Source: Eledone cirrhosa (Eukaryota). From it: a DNA stretch of 64,000 nucleotides. Shown in pieces: positions 37,393 through 49,267 of this stretch (position 1 is the stretch's first letter; each line of letters starts with the position of its first letter). The notes below the pieces were generated by a model. The model had not been told where the DNA came from, did no database searches, and saw only the letters and a program-made list of their open reading frames with translations. The position numbers were made by a program, and so were the translations under genes. The stretch is taken from positions 122,140,001 through 122,204,000 of the forward strand of contig OZ024742.1 of NCBI GenBank assembly GCA_964016885.1. Reading direction: 5' to 3'.

Positions 37393-40300
37393 GGTCTGTT
37401 CGGACGCTTTTTTCTCGCTCCTAGTAACTCGCTTTATTTGCCTGTTAAAATTATTTGTTGTTAAATATTTCTTGTTGTGTCAGGGATATAAGCCCTTACA
37501 CTTTGCTCTGTGATGGGGAAAGTATAATATTTGGGCCTTTTGGCCCACATATTTGAACATTTTACTTTAAAAAAAATTGTTTAAAAAAAACAAAAAAACA
37601 TGGTTGAGCCACGCCCCCCAGTAATATGTCTGCTGTCGTCTGACAACGGCGTAAAAGTTGAGAGGAGGGTTACAAACATTATTACAACAGACACCACCAC
37701 AAACAACGTGAACAAAGACAACACCGAGAACACTAATTTCGAAAAAATTACCACACCAACTACAACAATAACAGCGTCAACCAAAATACAGACCACAGAA
37801 AAAAATGACAGCAAATGCAACAACGATATTAACACTACTAACAAGAAAATAAACAACGACAACACCAACAGCAACAATACAAATTGCACCGAAAACAACA
37901 ACAACGGTGGCACCAAAAACACAACCAACTACAACAATGATAACAGCAACAAAACCAACAACAAGACCAGTGTCGGCAGCAATAATGGTGCCGCTAAAAA
38001 AGGGGCCACTTCTTTCGCAGGTGTGGCCCGAAATATAGAAACACTGCTAGTCACGGAGGAGGAGATGGCAGTCGCAAGAGCCATGGTGTCGAGAAACGAC
38101 AACAGAGTTTCCCTGAAACCTCGACCCGATTTCTTCAAAGACCAGCAACTGCGCCCGGTGACATACCGGACCGTAAACAAAATCTCGCATCGGGTAGAGA
38201 GAGCCACGGAGGCTCAAATCCAAAAGGCCATGGGGTGCGTCTGGGCGCGCAAAACCCACATCACCCGAGGCAAAAAGTACGCCACAGTAGACGTACTTTT
38301 CGCCCCCCCCGCGCCCAAGAGGCTAAGTCTCACACTTTGGAAACCCTAAAGAGTGAGGAGATAGTCTTGGTGCCCTCCTACTGCGGACAGAAAATTGTGA
38401 GGGTCAGAGTGACCCATGTGCGACCCGACGTGGCCATACCTTGGCTGGCCACGTCTGTACTGGCTGGAATCGAGGAGAAGACCACCATACTGTAAATGCA
38501 GAGAACTGGTCAGGAATAGGCATGCAATGCTAATACAGACTGACCAGGAGTGCATCGACGCCATCCCAAAATTCATAGACCGCGAAGAAGGGCTCCAACT
38601 CCCTATAAGCGTGGAAGGAAGGCGCCCAAAGTGCTATCTCTGTGGGCAGAAGGATCACCTCAGGGCCTTCTGCCTGCAGAAGACATCCAAGAAGAGAGCC
38701 CCCTCCTTCCGACGCCTGATCATCTGCTACCAAGAGCAGGGCAGGAAACAGAGGCAGAAGACCCTTCCATAGTGAGTAGGATGGCAACGTCGGTGACACC
38801 CATACCAAGGCCACGGACAACTAAAGCACCGGCAGCAGTGGCGGCAACACCAACAGTCGCAGTAGCTACGCCGGCGGTAAAATCGCCGGAGCGGGCTCCA
38901 CTACCACCACCAACAGCAGTGACGCTCATGCTCCTCCCAGACACCGCGGGGTCCGAAATGGAGTGTGGGGAGGCGGGGGGAAGTAGCAAACGGTATGCCA
39001 AAGAAATACGAAAAAGAAAAAAAACCTTAACTTCACCCTCCAAAAGCGAAGGCAGACAAAGAGGGGTAAAGACTGCAAGGAGAGTTGCAGCAACACCACT
39101 ACCATCACTATCACCACCACAAGCATCATCACCAACAACAACCACACCACCACCAGCATCACCAAAAAGACCAACATCGCAAACACAACAAAACACACAC
39201 ACCCAAGAAGAAGAAGAAGAAAACAGCAACAAAATCGCCTCTTCCCCAAAAAGTACACAGCCATAAACATGGCAAATAAAGAAGTCCGACAACACATAAT
39301 GCAGCACACAAACATCACAGAAAAAAAACTACTACACCGCACCAACACCAAGACCTCTCCCGACTAACATAAGCATCATAGAAATCTCAATAGAACATTA
39401 CAAACTTTTAAAGCAAAAATTCCCCAACGCAGTTGGAGACTTGAAAGGTTCGGTTACAAAGATGATATATACCGACAACCTCTTGGAAACACCCATTACC
39501 AACCAAAGTGACGGTTCTACTGTCCCTTCACCACACGATGAAGGTAAGTGATCCTTTCTCACTTACCCCGTTTCTCATCCAACATGGCCGTACTTAGAAT
39601 AGGCAATATAAATTTACGTGCCCTGGGGTCATCTTGGAAGCAGGATCACCTGGTCAACGACCTCAGGTCACTCAACATAGGTGTGGTGGCCATCAGCGAG
39701 ACCAGAATCTACGAAGCACGAGCCTTCGCATCGATCTTCGGCGGCTACGATGTATACGCATCTCCCAGCCGTCCAGGGGGGGGGGGGCTGCCGTGCTTTT
39801 TCGGAGAGGATCCCGCCATACGGGCCATTTTCCTGGCCCCAGAAGGTAAGTCGGTGGTGCTGGACGTGAGCAGCAGCAAAGGCAATGCTTTCAGGCTAGT
39901 AGCCGTCTACGTCCCAACAGGGGCAGGACGGCCAGATTTCTTCAGACGTCTAGAGACCTTTCTCGGAACGTCCCACTCTTTAGTGTTAGTGGGCAACTGG
40001 AACGGTATCTTGGATTCACGCTGGGATTATGTGGAGCTAGTAGACAGGGAAGGAGGTTGTAAAAGCCTCAACAACCTGCCCAGACCTTTTGAACTGTCTG
40101 ACAGGTATCGACTGGATTATCCGAATGTGCCAATGTGGACATGGACAAACCGGATCGTGTCATCCATATCGTATTTAGATAGGTTATTCTGTGGGGAAAC
40201 AGATAAGGCTAGTGTAGATTGTCCACAATTTAAATTAGTCGACTACACGGACCACGGATTTGTGATCTGTGAAGTTGACTTAGATAGACTCCATAGGCAA

Positions 40301-43221
40301 GGGCACGGCTACTGGAAGATGAACGCGTCGTTCCCGGCGCGCAAAGCTTACAGAGACCGGATTAGTGAATTAGTTAAGCGTGCGTTGACGGGTGCGATCG
40401 TCAACAACAGGTGGTGGTTTACTCTGAAAAGGGCTATTAGAGTAGAATCGATAAGGTTTAGCAAAGGAGTAGTGATTGAGGAAAATAGAGTAGAGGGAGA
40501 GCTAATTAGAAAGCTAGAAGAAGCATTTAGGACAGGCATCGCAACCGACGCGCTTGCGGCAAGATTCGCACTCGGCCAATTCTTCCACGCAAATCATGAA
40601 GGCTGCGTTGTCAGAGCTGGAGCGCATGCTCTAAGACACGAGGGGACGAAAGCCGTTTAATGAGCCCGGGTGGTGGCGGCACGACGTGGCAACAAGTTCA
40701 CAATTCGTTCTTTGCCTGATCAAAACGGGCGCATGTTGCTCGAACACGTGCAGATGTGTGCGGCTTTTCAACAGCACTTTGCTCAATTATTCGGGAACGG
40801 CGGCGAGCCGGATCGGAGTATGGACTTCGGTGCATACCTCGACGGACTCGCGCGGCTCTAGAGGCGGAGTGTTGCGAAAAGCCGATAACAACCGCTGAAG
40901 TACGGGATGCAATGACTAGTTGCACAAGGGATAAATCGCCTGGTTTGCATGGTCTACCCTATGAACTTTACGTACAGATGCCAGACTTATTCGGATGCCT
41001 CTTGGCGGACGTCTACTGCAACTGGCAACAGAACGGGAGAATTCCCAGCTCTGTGAGCCGAGGAGCTGTGGCGCTGCTGAGAAAGGATCCGAACAAGGGG
41101 GATAACATAGATAATTTTAGGCCCATAACACTGCTAAACACAGAGTTCAAGATTTTGGTGAAGGTGCTAGCAAAGAGGTTGGCGCTTGTCGTTGGTGGTC
41201 TGGTGGGAGAGGCACAGACATGCGCCATTCCCGACAGATCCATCCACGACAACATCCACCTCATGCGATACATCGTAGAGTGGGTAGCTAGGGAACCTGG
41301 CACGGGTGGGTCCTTGATCAATTTAGATCAGTCGAAAGCTTTCGATAGGGTTGACCATCGTTACCTAGCGGTAGTCCAGAGGGCGGCTGGCTTTGAGCCC
41401 GTCTTCAGAGGCTGGATCGCTGCCATGCACAGCGATATCTGCTCTGTGGTGAGAGTAAACCGTCACCTTTCGGAACTGTTCAACATCATGCGTTCGGTCC
41501 GCCAAGGATGTGCCCTCTCGTCCCTCTTGTACGTATTGACTCTCGAGCCATTACTGCACAAACTGGAGGCGTTGAGGGGGTCCCGCGCGAACTAGGATGC
41601 GGAAGATCCGTGTCAGTATATGCGGACGATATCACCGAAGTGGTGTCGAACGCCAAACACATCGAGGCGATCGGCACTGCACTAAGTCAATACGAAGCGG
41701 TGACAGGGGCAGTGATCAACCAGGAAAAGTCAGTCGGCCTGCAGCTAGGCACCTGGAGTGGCAGGTCCATGCCGTCCAACAGCGTCGTCGGGCGCTGGAC
41801 GGACGGACCGGTTAAATTAATAGTTCGTTCCGGACCTCGAGAAGGAGAAAAGCTCCGACGAGGTGACGAGCAAGGTGGCTTCTATCACCCACAAATGGGC
41901 GGAGAGGAAGCTATCCCTGAAAGGTCGAGCGGAGGTGGCTAACGCGTACATCGCGTCCGTCATCTACTACCGCCTGACCGTCGTACCTTGTCCTAAGCCC
42001 CGCCTGACTGCACTGGAGCGTTTGCTCTTTCGCTTTGTGTGGAAGGGACGTGCTCCGATAATCAGGCGGTCTATCTGCTGTCAACACCCGCTACGTGGAG
42101 GGCTGGGAATACCGTGGCTGATGATGCACAGACACGCGCTCAGGCTACGACATCTCCACCTCTTCCTCGACGGTGATCAGGTGTGGTCGCTGTTTGCTAG
42201 ACGCGTCTTTCCCAGCTCGTCTCCTTGGCGGAGCTGCAGTCCTGGGTCAAGCGAAGACCGAGAGGAAGCGCTTGGAGACTGGAATGTCTTCAGGCGCTCA
42301 CAGCCCTCGACCAATCGGGCAATGTGATCGGTGGAAACTCCACCTTGGCGTTCTATAGAGGATTAGTGGAGGGGAAGAGCGACGACGTACTTGGGGAATC
42401 TCTAGGCGTCGACGAAAATCAACTAACAAATCTCTTCGGAAGAACTTTCTGGCCGGGGCCTATGGACAACTTCCAGAAATCCCTGGCCTGGCAGTGCTAC
42501 CGAGGAGCTTTGCCAGTTCCGGATAAACTCTACAGGCATGGAGGTGCCGTCAGCCAGGCATGTCCGACGAGCGCGCCGGGCGACGAAACCATCCTGCACG
42601 CACTCGTCCAGTGTCCGAGCATTTCTGACTTGTGGGTTTATGTCGAACACCTGCTGTCGTGTGTAGGACGGATCCATCGTGAGGATTGCCCCGCCCTCTT
42701 CCTTTATCCGGGAAGGTCAGGCAAGTTTTATCTGTCTGGTGGCCATGGCGAAAGAGATAGTATGGTGGACACGTTTGAAAGGGCTGAAGACGAGCACTTA
42801 CCTCTTCGGTGATGCCCTGATTTAACTTTTTCAAATTTCATTTGAAAAGGAAAATCAGGGTAGAGAGAGAAGTGCTCTCTTCCCAGCATTTTGTTGAAAG
42901 TTGGGTGAGAGAGGCAAGAATCGTCCGAGTGAATGGACCTACTCTGAGTAAGTGTCTGTAAATTAAAGGTGGAAAACTGGGAGAGGGCACTTGCCCTGGT
43001 TGTCAGGGTCACTGTGGCTTTTTAATGGGCTTTCTCCACGAATGACCCTCGGAAGTCTCCCCCCTATTGGGGAATTTTTTCATTGTATTATTATTACATC
43101 CTCTGTTTTTTGTTTTTTTTACACGCAGAAATGCCCTTTTGTACCGTCCTGTATTGACCTTAATGTCTACTTTGTGTAAACCCTTGTGGTTAAGAAAGAA
43201 CGCATTATTATTATTATTATT
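37393..43221 (+). mobile_element. Tx1/L1-group LINE copy A, full-length but with frameshifts and stops
   Basis: ORF1 pieces from 37600 (CYLCGQKDHLRAFC knuckle); ORF2 pieces from 39584 to ~42960; (ATT)n tail. Confidence 0.9.
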
Positions 43222-43435
43222 GAATGCCATGGTTGACGGAGGCTCGGCTCTGTAAGGTATAGTAATTTTTAACCGTTAAAACAATTGTAAATTGTTTAAA
43301 ACTTGAACCAAATTGTTGATAAAGACACCCTCCTCCTCGTGAGAGGGGTCTTTCTGTCCGTTATTTGGCCCTTCGGGGCTAAATAACCAGTTATTGGGGT
43401 TTTGTACCCAATATTCATTTTAAACAAAAAACAAC

Positions 43436-45514
43436 ATGGCTACGAAAAAGAAATTTCATACGTCACTCCCACTCATTCCGTCTTCTTCTTCCTCAATCAT
43501 CACTACAGCAGAGAGAAGATTGTCTCTCTCCCTCCCTTCTTTAAATGTGTCTCTCTCCCTCCCTTCTCTTTCGCAAGTGACGAAAGAAAAGAAAAGTCTC
43601 GTGCAAAGCGTGCAAAGTTTCTCCACGACGACGACGACAGCGACGAAACAGGTGTGCGGGAAATACGAAAACCCAGTTCATTCGTCTGACGTCAGGAATA
43701 ATAGCAGTAGCAGCCGTAATAACAACAGCAACAGTGACAATGAAAACAACAGTAGCAGCCGCAACAGCATCACCAGCAGCATAAACAACAACAGCATTAG
43801 CAGCAGCAACACCAACAACAACCACAGCAACCGCGGCGGAGGCAGTAGTCGTAGTACCTGCAGCAACAACAAAAGTACCAGCAGCTCTGACGACAACAAC
43901 AACAGCAGAGAAAAACCAATCTCATTTGCAGGTATTGCGAAAAACTTGGAAACAATCCTCATAACAAATGAGGAATTAGAGGAAGCGAAGAAGATGGTTA
44001 CAAAGAACGGACACCGAGCAATCTGCAAGGCAGCGGAAAAATTTTTCGAAACCCAAGAGCACTGTACGGTCACGTACCGTACAGTAAGTACAAAATCCCG
44101 TAGGGTGGAAAGAGCCACAGAGGCCCAAATACAAAAAGCCTTGGGGTCTGTGTGGCAGCGGAAAACGCACATCACCCGAGGCAAAAAATATGCCACCGTA
44201 GACGTACTTTTTGCCACACCCCAGGAGGCAAAGGCCCAATCAGTAGTGACCCTAAGGAGCGAGGAAATGGTGTTGGTGCCCTCCTACTGTGGGCAAAAAA
44301 TTGTGAGGGTCAAACTAACCCACGTCCCCCCCGGAATGACCCCTTCTTGGCTGGCCGCGTCTGTCCTCGTCGGAATCGAGGACAAAACAACTGTACTGCA
44401 AGTACAGAAAAAAGTAAGAGAAGATTGGGTCGGCTCCTCCATTGAGATGCTAATCCAAACCAACCAGGAGTGCATCGAAGCTATCCCGGATGTGATAGAC
44501 TTCGATAACGGCACTCAACTGCCCATAAGTGTTGAGGGCAAACGCCCGAAATGCTTTCGCTGTGGATCGAAGACTCACCTCAGGGCCTTCTGCAACGAGA
44601 AGACCCTGAGAAAGGAGAAAACCCCCCTCCTTCCGAATCCGGCTCCACGGCTACCAGCAACAGGACAAGCGGCAACCAGGAACGATAGGTCCGTGGCACC
44701 CATACCCACTCCACGGAAATCAAAAACAGCAGCAGCAGTGGAAATATTAACAACAACAACAGCAATACCAAATGCAGCTGCAACAGAGACTCCAGTGCAA
44801 ACATCACCAACAACAAGTGAAAGAGTGGAGCTGGTACCCCTCCCCGACCTCACAGAATCAGACATGGAGTGTGAGGTGGGAGAGGGATGGCAAAAGGTCG
44901 TAAGAAGGCACAAACGCAGAAGCAGCGCATCGTCGCCTTTGAAAAGGGAGGAAAGAAATGAGAAAAGGGTAAAGTCTACTGCAAAGAGACCCACAGCAGC
45001 AACAACACCAACACCATCACCACCCACACTAGCACCACCATCACCACCGCCAACAACACATTTAACACCACCACCACAAGCACCAACATCGCAAACACAA
45101 CAACAAAACACACACACCCAGCAACAACGACAAGAAAATAGTAGAACCACACCCCACCCCCAGAAAAACAAATGCACGGCAATAAATACACACAACAAGA
45201 AACTAATGACTTACATAATTGAACACACAGACATTTCACAACAGGACTACATAATACCAGCACCAATCAAAACGCCAACTAACATAAGACTGCTAAAAAT
45301 AGCACAGAAACAATACACAAACATTAAAACGAAATTCCCCAACGCAGTTGGTGATTTCAGGGACCTAGGAGGAACCATCAATCGAAGAGTATACTCAGAC
45401 ATTCTCTTAGAAGAGCCGACGACCAGCCGAAGGGACGATTCAACGGTCCCTTCACCAGACGATCAAGTGAAAAGGGATGTAAAAACCATCCCTCCTCTAC
45501 CAAAAGTACGGTAA
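43436..45514 (+). CDS. Tx1-like ORF1p (692 aa) with CCHC zinc knuckle and N/S- and P/T-rich low-complexity regions
   Basis: CFRCGSKTHLRAFC, GWQKV..R motif; lies directly upstream of ORF2. Confidence 0.85.
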   Translation: MATKKKFHTSLPLIPSSSSSIITTAERRLSLSLPSLNVSLSLPSLSQVTKEKKSLVQSVQSFSTTTTTATKQVCGKYENPVHSSDVRNNSSSSRNNNSNSDNENNSSSRNSITSSINNNSISSSNTNNNHSNRGGGSSRSTCSNNKSTSSSDDNNNSREKPISFAGIAKNLETILITNEELEEAKKMVTKNGHRAICKAAEKFFETQEHCTVTYRTVSTKSRRVERATEAQIQKALGSVWQRKTHITRGKKYATVDVLFATPQEAKAQSVVTLRSEEMVLVPSYCGQKIVRVKLTHVPPGMTPSWLAASVLVGIEDKTTVLQVQKKVREDWVGSSIEMLIQTNQECIEAIPDVIDFDNGTQLPISVEGKRPKCFRCGSKTHLRAFCNEKTLRKEKTPLLPNPAPRLPATGQAATRNDRSVAPIPTPRKSKTAAAVEILTTTTAIPNAAATETPVQTSPTTSERVELVPLPDLTESDMECEVGEGWQKVVRRHKRRSSASSPLKREERNEKRVKSTAKRPTAATTPTPSPPTLAPPSPPPTTHLTPPPQAPTSQTQQQNTHTQQQRQENSRTTPHPQKNKCTAINTHNKKLMTYIIEHTDISQQDYIIPAPIKTPTNIRLLKIAQKQYTNIKTKFPNAVGDFRDLGGTINRRVYSDILLEEPTTSRRDDSTVPSPDDQVKRDVKTIPPLPKVR

Positions 45515-45549
45515 GTGGTCTTTCCCATCTTTTCCACTCTATTTTAAAC

Positions 45550-48500
45550 ATGACCTCACTCAGAATAGGCAGCATAAATGCGCGTGGCTTGGGGTCGTCA
45601 TGGAAGCAGGGTCACCTGCTCAACGACCTCAGGTCACTAAACATAGATGTAGTGGCCATCAGCGAGACCAGAATCTCCGAAGCACGGGCCTTCGCACCGA
45701 TCTTCGGCGGCTACGATGTGTACGCATCTCCCAGCCGTCCTGGATCGGGTGGAGGAGTTGCTGTGCTTTTTCGGAGAGGTTTGGATCTCGCCATACGGGC
45801 CATCTTCCTGGACCCAGAGGGTAAGCTGGTGGTGCTGGACGTGACCAGCGGAGACGGGCAAGTTTTCAGGCTAGTGGCCGTCTATGCCCCGACAGGAGCA
45901 GGGCGGCCTGATTTCTTCCGGCGTCTGGAGACCTTTCTTGGAACGTCCCGCTCTTTAGTGTTAGTGGGCGACTGGAACGGGATCTTAGATGCACGTTGGG
46001 ACTGTGTGGGATTAGCGGATAGGGGTGGAGGGTGCAAGAGCCTCACCAACCTGCTCAGGCGTTTTGAACTGTCTGACAGGTACCGATTGGATTTCCCGAA
46101 TGTGCCAATGTGGACTTGGACAAACCGCATAGGGTCATCCAGATCATATCTAGATAGAGTATTTTGTAGGGAAATAGATAGGTCTAGCATAGGCTGTCCA
46201 CAATTGAAGATAGTCAGCTACACGGACCACAAATTCGTGACCTGTGTGCTTGACTTAGATAGGCTTCATAGACGAGGACCCGGCTACTGGAAGCTAAACG
46301 CATCCTTACCAGCGCGCAAGGCCTACAGAGACCGGATTAGCGAACTAGTTAAGCGGGCGTTGACGGGGGCCATCGTCAACAACAAGTGGTGGTTTGCTCT
46401 GAAAAGAGCGATTAGAATAGAATCGATTAGGTTTAGTAAGGCTTTAGCAATAGAGAAAAATAGAGCAGAGGGAGAACTAGTTAAAAAATTAGACGAGGCG
46501 CTTAGCAAAGGCATTGCGACCGACGTGCTTGCGGCGAAATTGGCCCTTGACCAATTCTTCAATGCAAAGCACGAAGGCTGCGTTGTCAGAGCTAGGGTGC
46601 GTGCTCTCAGACACGAGGGGACGAAAGCCGTTCAATGGGCCCGAGTGGCGGAGGCGCGTCGTGGCAACAAAGCCACGATCCGGTCTTTGGTGGACCACGA
46701 CGGGCGCATGCTACTCGATCCCGGGCAAATGTGTGAAGCTTTTCAGCGACACTTCGCTCAGCTGTTCGGGGGCAGCGGGGGGCCGGGTAGAGGGATGGAC
46801 TTTAGTGTCTACCTCGACGGACTGCCGCGGCTCTCGGCCACTGAGGCGAAGTGTTGTGAAAAGCCGATAACAGCCGCTGAAGTAAGGGAGGCAATGACTG
46901 GCTGCACAAGGGGTAAATCGCCTGGTTTGGATGGTCTGCCCTATGAACTTTACGTACAGATGCCAGACTTGTTCGGAGGCCTCTTGGCGGACGTCTACTG
47001 CAACTGGCAACAGAACGGGAGAATTCCCAGTTCTGTGAGCCGAGGAGCGGTGGCACTGCTGAGAAAGGATCCGAACAAGGGGGATAACATAGACAATTTC
47101 CGGCCCATAACTCTGCTAAACACAGAGTTTAAGATTTTGGCCAAGGTGCTAGCAAAGAGGTTGGCGCTTGTCGTTGGTGGTCTGGTGGGAGAGGCGCAGA
47201 CTTGCGCCATTCCCGACAGATCCATCCACGACAACCTCCACCTCATGCGATACATCGTAGAGAGGGTAGCTAGGGAACCTGGCACGGGTGGGTCCTTGAT
47301 CAATTTAGATCAGTCGAAAGCTTTCGATAGGGTCGACCATCGTTACCTAGCGGCAGTCCTGAGGGCGGCTGGCTTTGGGCCCGTCTTCAGAAGCTGGATT
47401 GCTGCCATGCACAGCGACATCTGCTCTGTGGTGAGAGTGAACGGTCACCTGTCGGAACCGTTCAACATCATGCGCTCGGTCCGCCAAGGATGTCCCCTCT
47501 CGTCCCTCTTGTACGTATTGACTCTCGAGCCATTACTGCACAAACTGGAGACGTTGAGGGGAGTCCCGCGCGAACTAGGATGCGGAAGATCAGTGTCAGC
47601 ATATGCGGACGATGTCACCGTAGTGGTGTCGAGCGCCAAACACATCGAGGCGATCGGCACTACACTAAGAGAATACGAAGCGGTGACAGGAGCAATGATC
47701 AACCAGGAAAAGTCAGTGGGCCTGCAGCTCGGCACCTGGAGAGGCAGGTCCATGCCGTCCAACAGCGTCGTCGGACGCTGGACGGACGGACCGGTTAAAT
47801 TGCTAGGGGTCTGGTTCGGTCCGGACCTCCAGACGGACAAAAACTGGGACGAGGTGACGAGCAGGGTGGCTTCTCTCACCCAGAAATGGGCGGAGAGGAA
47901 GCTATCCCTGAAAGGTCGAGCGGAGGTGGCTAACGCGTACATCGTGTCCGTCATCTGCTACCGTCTGACCGTCGTACCTTGTCCTAAGCCTCGCCTGACT
48001 GCGCTGGAGCGTTTGCTCTTTCGCTTTTTGTGGAAGGGACGCGCTCCGATGGTCAGGCGGTCCATCTGTTGTCAACACCCGCTACGTGGAGGGCTGGGCA
48101 TGCCGTGGCTGATGATGCGCAGGCACGCGCTCAGGCTACGACATCTCCACCTCTTCCTCGACGGTGATCAGGTGTGGTCGCCGTTTGCTAGGCGCGTGTT
48201 TCCCCAGCTCGTTTCCTTGACGGAGCTGCAGTCCTGGGTCAAGCGAAGACCGAGAGGGAGCGCCTGGAGACTGGAATGTCTTCAGGCGCTCACAGCCCTC
48301 GACCAATCGGGCAATGTGATCGGTGGAAACTCCACCTCGGCGTTCTATAGAGGATTAGTGGAGGGGAAGAGCGATGACGTACTTGGGGAAACTCTAGGCG
48401 TCGACGAAAATCAACTAGCCAATCTCTTCGGAAGAACTTTCGGGCCAGGGCCTATGGACAACTTCCAGAAATCTCTGGCCTGGCAGTGCTACCGAGGAGC

Positions 48501-48969
48501 CTTGCCAGTTCGGGATAAACTCTACAGGCATGGAGGTGCCGTCAGCCGGGCATGTCCGAGATGCGCGCAGGGCGACCTAAACGTCCTGCACGCACTCGTC
48601 CAGTGTCCGAAAATTGCTGACTTGTGGGTTTATGTCGAACACCTGCTGTCGCGTTTAGGACGGATCCGGCTATCATCTGAGTCCATCGTGAGGATTGCCC
48701 CGCCCTCCTCCTTTAGCCGGGAAGGGCAGGCAGTTTTTATCTGCCTGGTGGCCATGGTGAAAGAGATAGTATGGTGGACACGTTTGAAAGGGCTGAAGAC
48801 GAGCACTTACCTCTTCGGTGATGCTCTGATTGACTTTTTCAAATTTCATTTGAAAAGGAAAATCAGAGTAGAGAGGGAAGTGCTCTCTTCCCAGCATTTT
48901 GTTGAAAGATGGGTGAGAGAAGCAAGAATGGCCCGAGTGAATGGGCCTACTCTGAGTATATATCTGTAA
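45550..48969 (+). CDS. Tx1-like ORF2p: AP endonuclease + RT + C-terminal Cys/His motif (1139 aa)
   Basis: SINARGL, SET, VYAP, GDWN, SYLDR, TDH, GYWKLN, KSPGLDG, FRPITLLN, DQSKAFDRV, QGCPLS, YADD, CPRC..HALVQC. Confidence 0.95.
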   Translation: MTSLRIGSINARGLGSSWKQGHLLNDLRSLNIDVVAISETRISEARAFAPIFGGYDVYASPSRPGSGGGVAVLFRRGLDLAIRAIFLDPEGKLVVLDVTSGDGQVFRLVAVYAPTGAGRPDFFRRLETFLGTSRSLVLVGDWNGILDARWDCVGLADRGGGCKSLTNLLRRFELSDRYRLDFPNVPMWTWTNRIGSSRSYLDRVFCREIDRSSIGCPQLKIVSYTDHKFVTCVLDLDRLHRRGPGYWKLNASLPARKAYRDRISELVKRALTGAIVNNKWWFALKRAIRIESIRFSKALAIEKNRAEGELVKKLDEALSKGIATDVLAAKLALDQFFNAKHEGCVVRARVRALRHEGTKAVQWARVAEARRGNKATIRSLVDHDGRMLLDPGQMCEAFQRHFAQLFGGSGGPGRGMDFSVYLDGLPRLSATEAKCCEKPITAAEVREAMTGCTRGKSPGLDGLPYELYVQMPDLFGGLLADVYCNWQQNGRIPSSVSRGAVALLRKDPNKGDNIDNFRPITLLNTEFKILAKVLAKRLALVVGGLVGEAQTCAIPDRSIHDNLHLMRYIVERVAREPGTGGSLINLDQSKAFDRVDHRYLAAVLRAAGFGPVFRSWIAAMHSDICSVVRVNGHLSEPFNIMRSVRQGCPLSSLLYVLTLEPLLHKLETLRGVPRELGCGRSVSAYADDVTVVVSSAKHIEAIGTTLREYEAVTGAMINQEKSVGLQLGTWRGRSMPSNSVVGRWTDGPVKLLGVWFGPDLQTDKNWDEVTSRVASLTQKWAERKLSLKGRAEVANAYIVSVICYRLTVVPCPKPRLTALERLLFRFLWKGRAPMVRRSICCQHPLRGGLGMPWLMMRRHALRLRHLHLFLDGDQVWSPFARRVFPQLVSLTELQSWVKRRPRGSAWRLECLQALTALDQSGNVIGGNSTSAFYRGLVEGKSDDVLGETLGVDENQLANLFGRTFGPGPMDNFQKSLAWQCYRGALPVRDKLYRHGGAVSRACPRCAQGDLNVLHALVQCPKIADLWVYVEHLLSRLGRIRLSSESIVRIAPPSSFSREGQAVFICLVAMVKEIVWWTRLKGLKTSTYLFGDALIDFFKFHLKRKIRVEREVLSSQHFVERWVREARMARVNGPTLSIYL

Positions 48970-49228
48970 ATTAAAGGTGGAAAACTGGGAGAGGGCACTT
49001 GCCTTGGTGGTCAGGGTCATTGTGGCTTTTTACTGGGCTTTCACCACAAATGTCCCTCCGAAGTCTCCCCCCTATTGGGGAATTTTTCATTGTTATTTTC
49101 ATTGTTATTTTTGTTACATCCTCTGTTTTTGTTTTTTACACGCAGAAATGCCCATTTGTACCGTCCTGCATTGTCCTGCACTGTCCTTAATGTCTACTTT
49201 ATGTAAACCCTTGTGGTTAATAAAGAAA

Positions 49229-49266
<38 letters not shown>

Positions 49267-49267
<1 letters not shown>

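Larger units (their letters stand above)
43222..49266 (+). mobile_element. Tx1/L1-group LINE copy B, intact
   Basis: 5' UTR, ORF1, ORF2, 3' UTR with AATAAA and (ATT)n tail. Confidence 0.93.
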
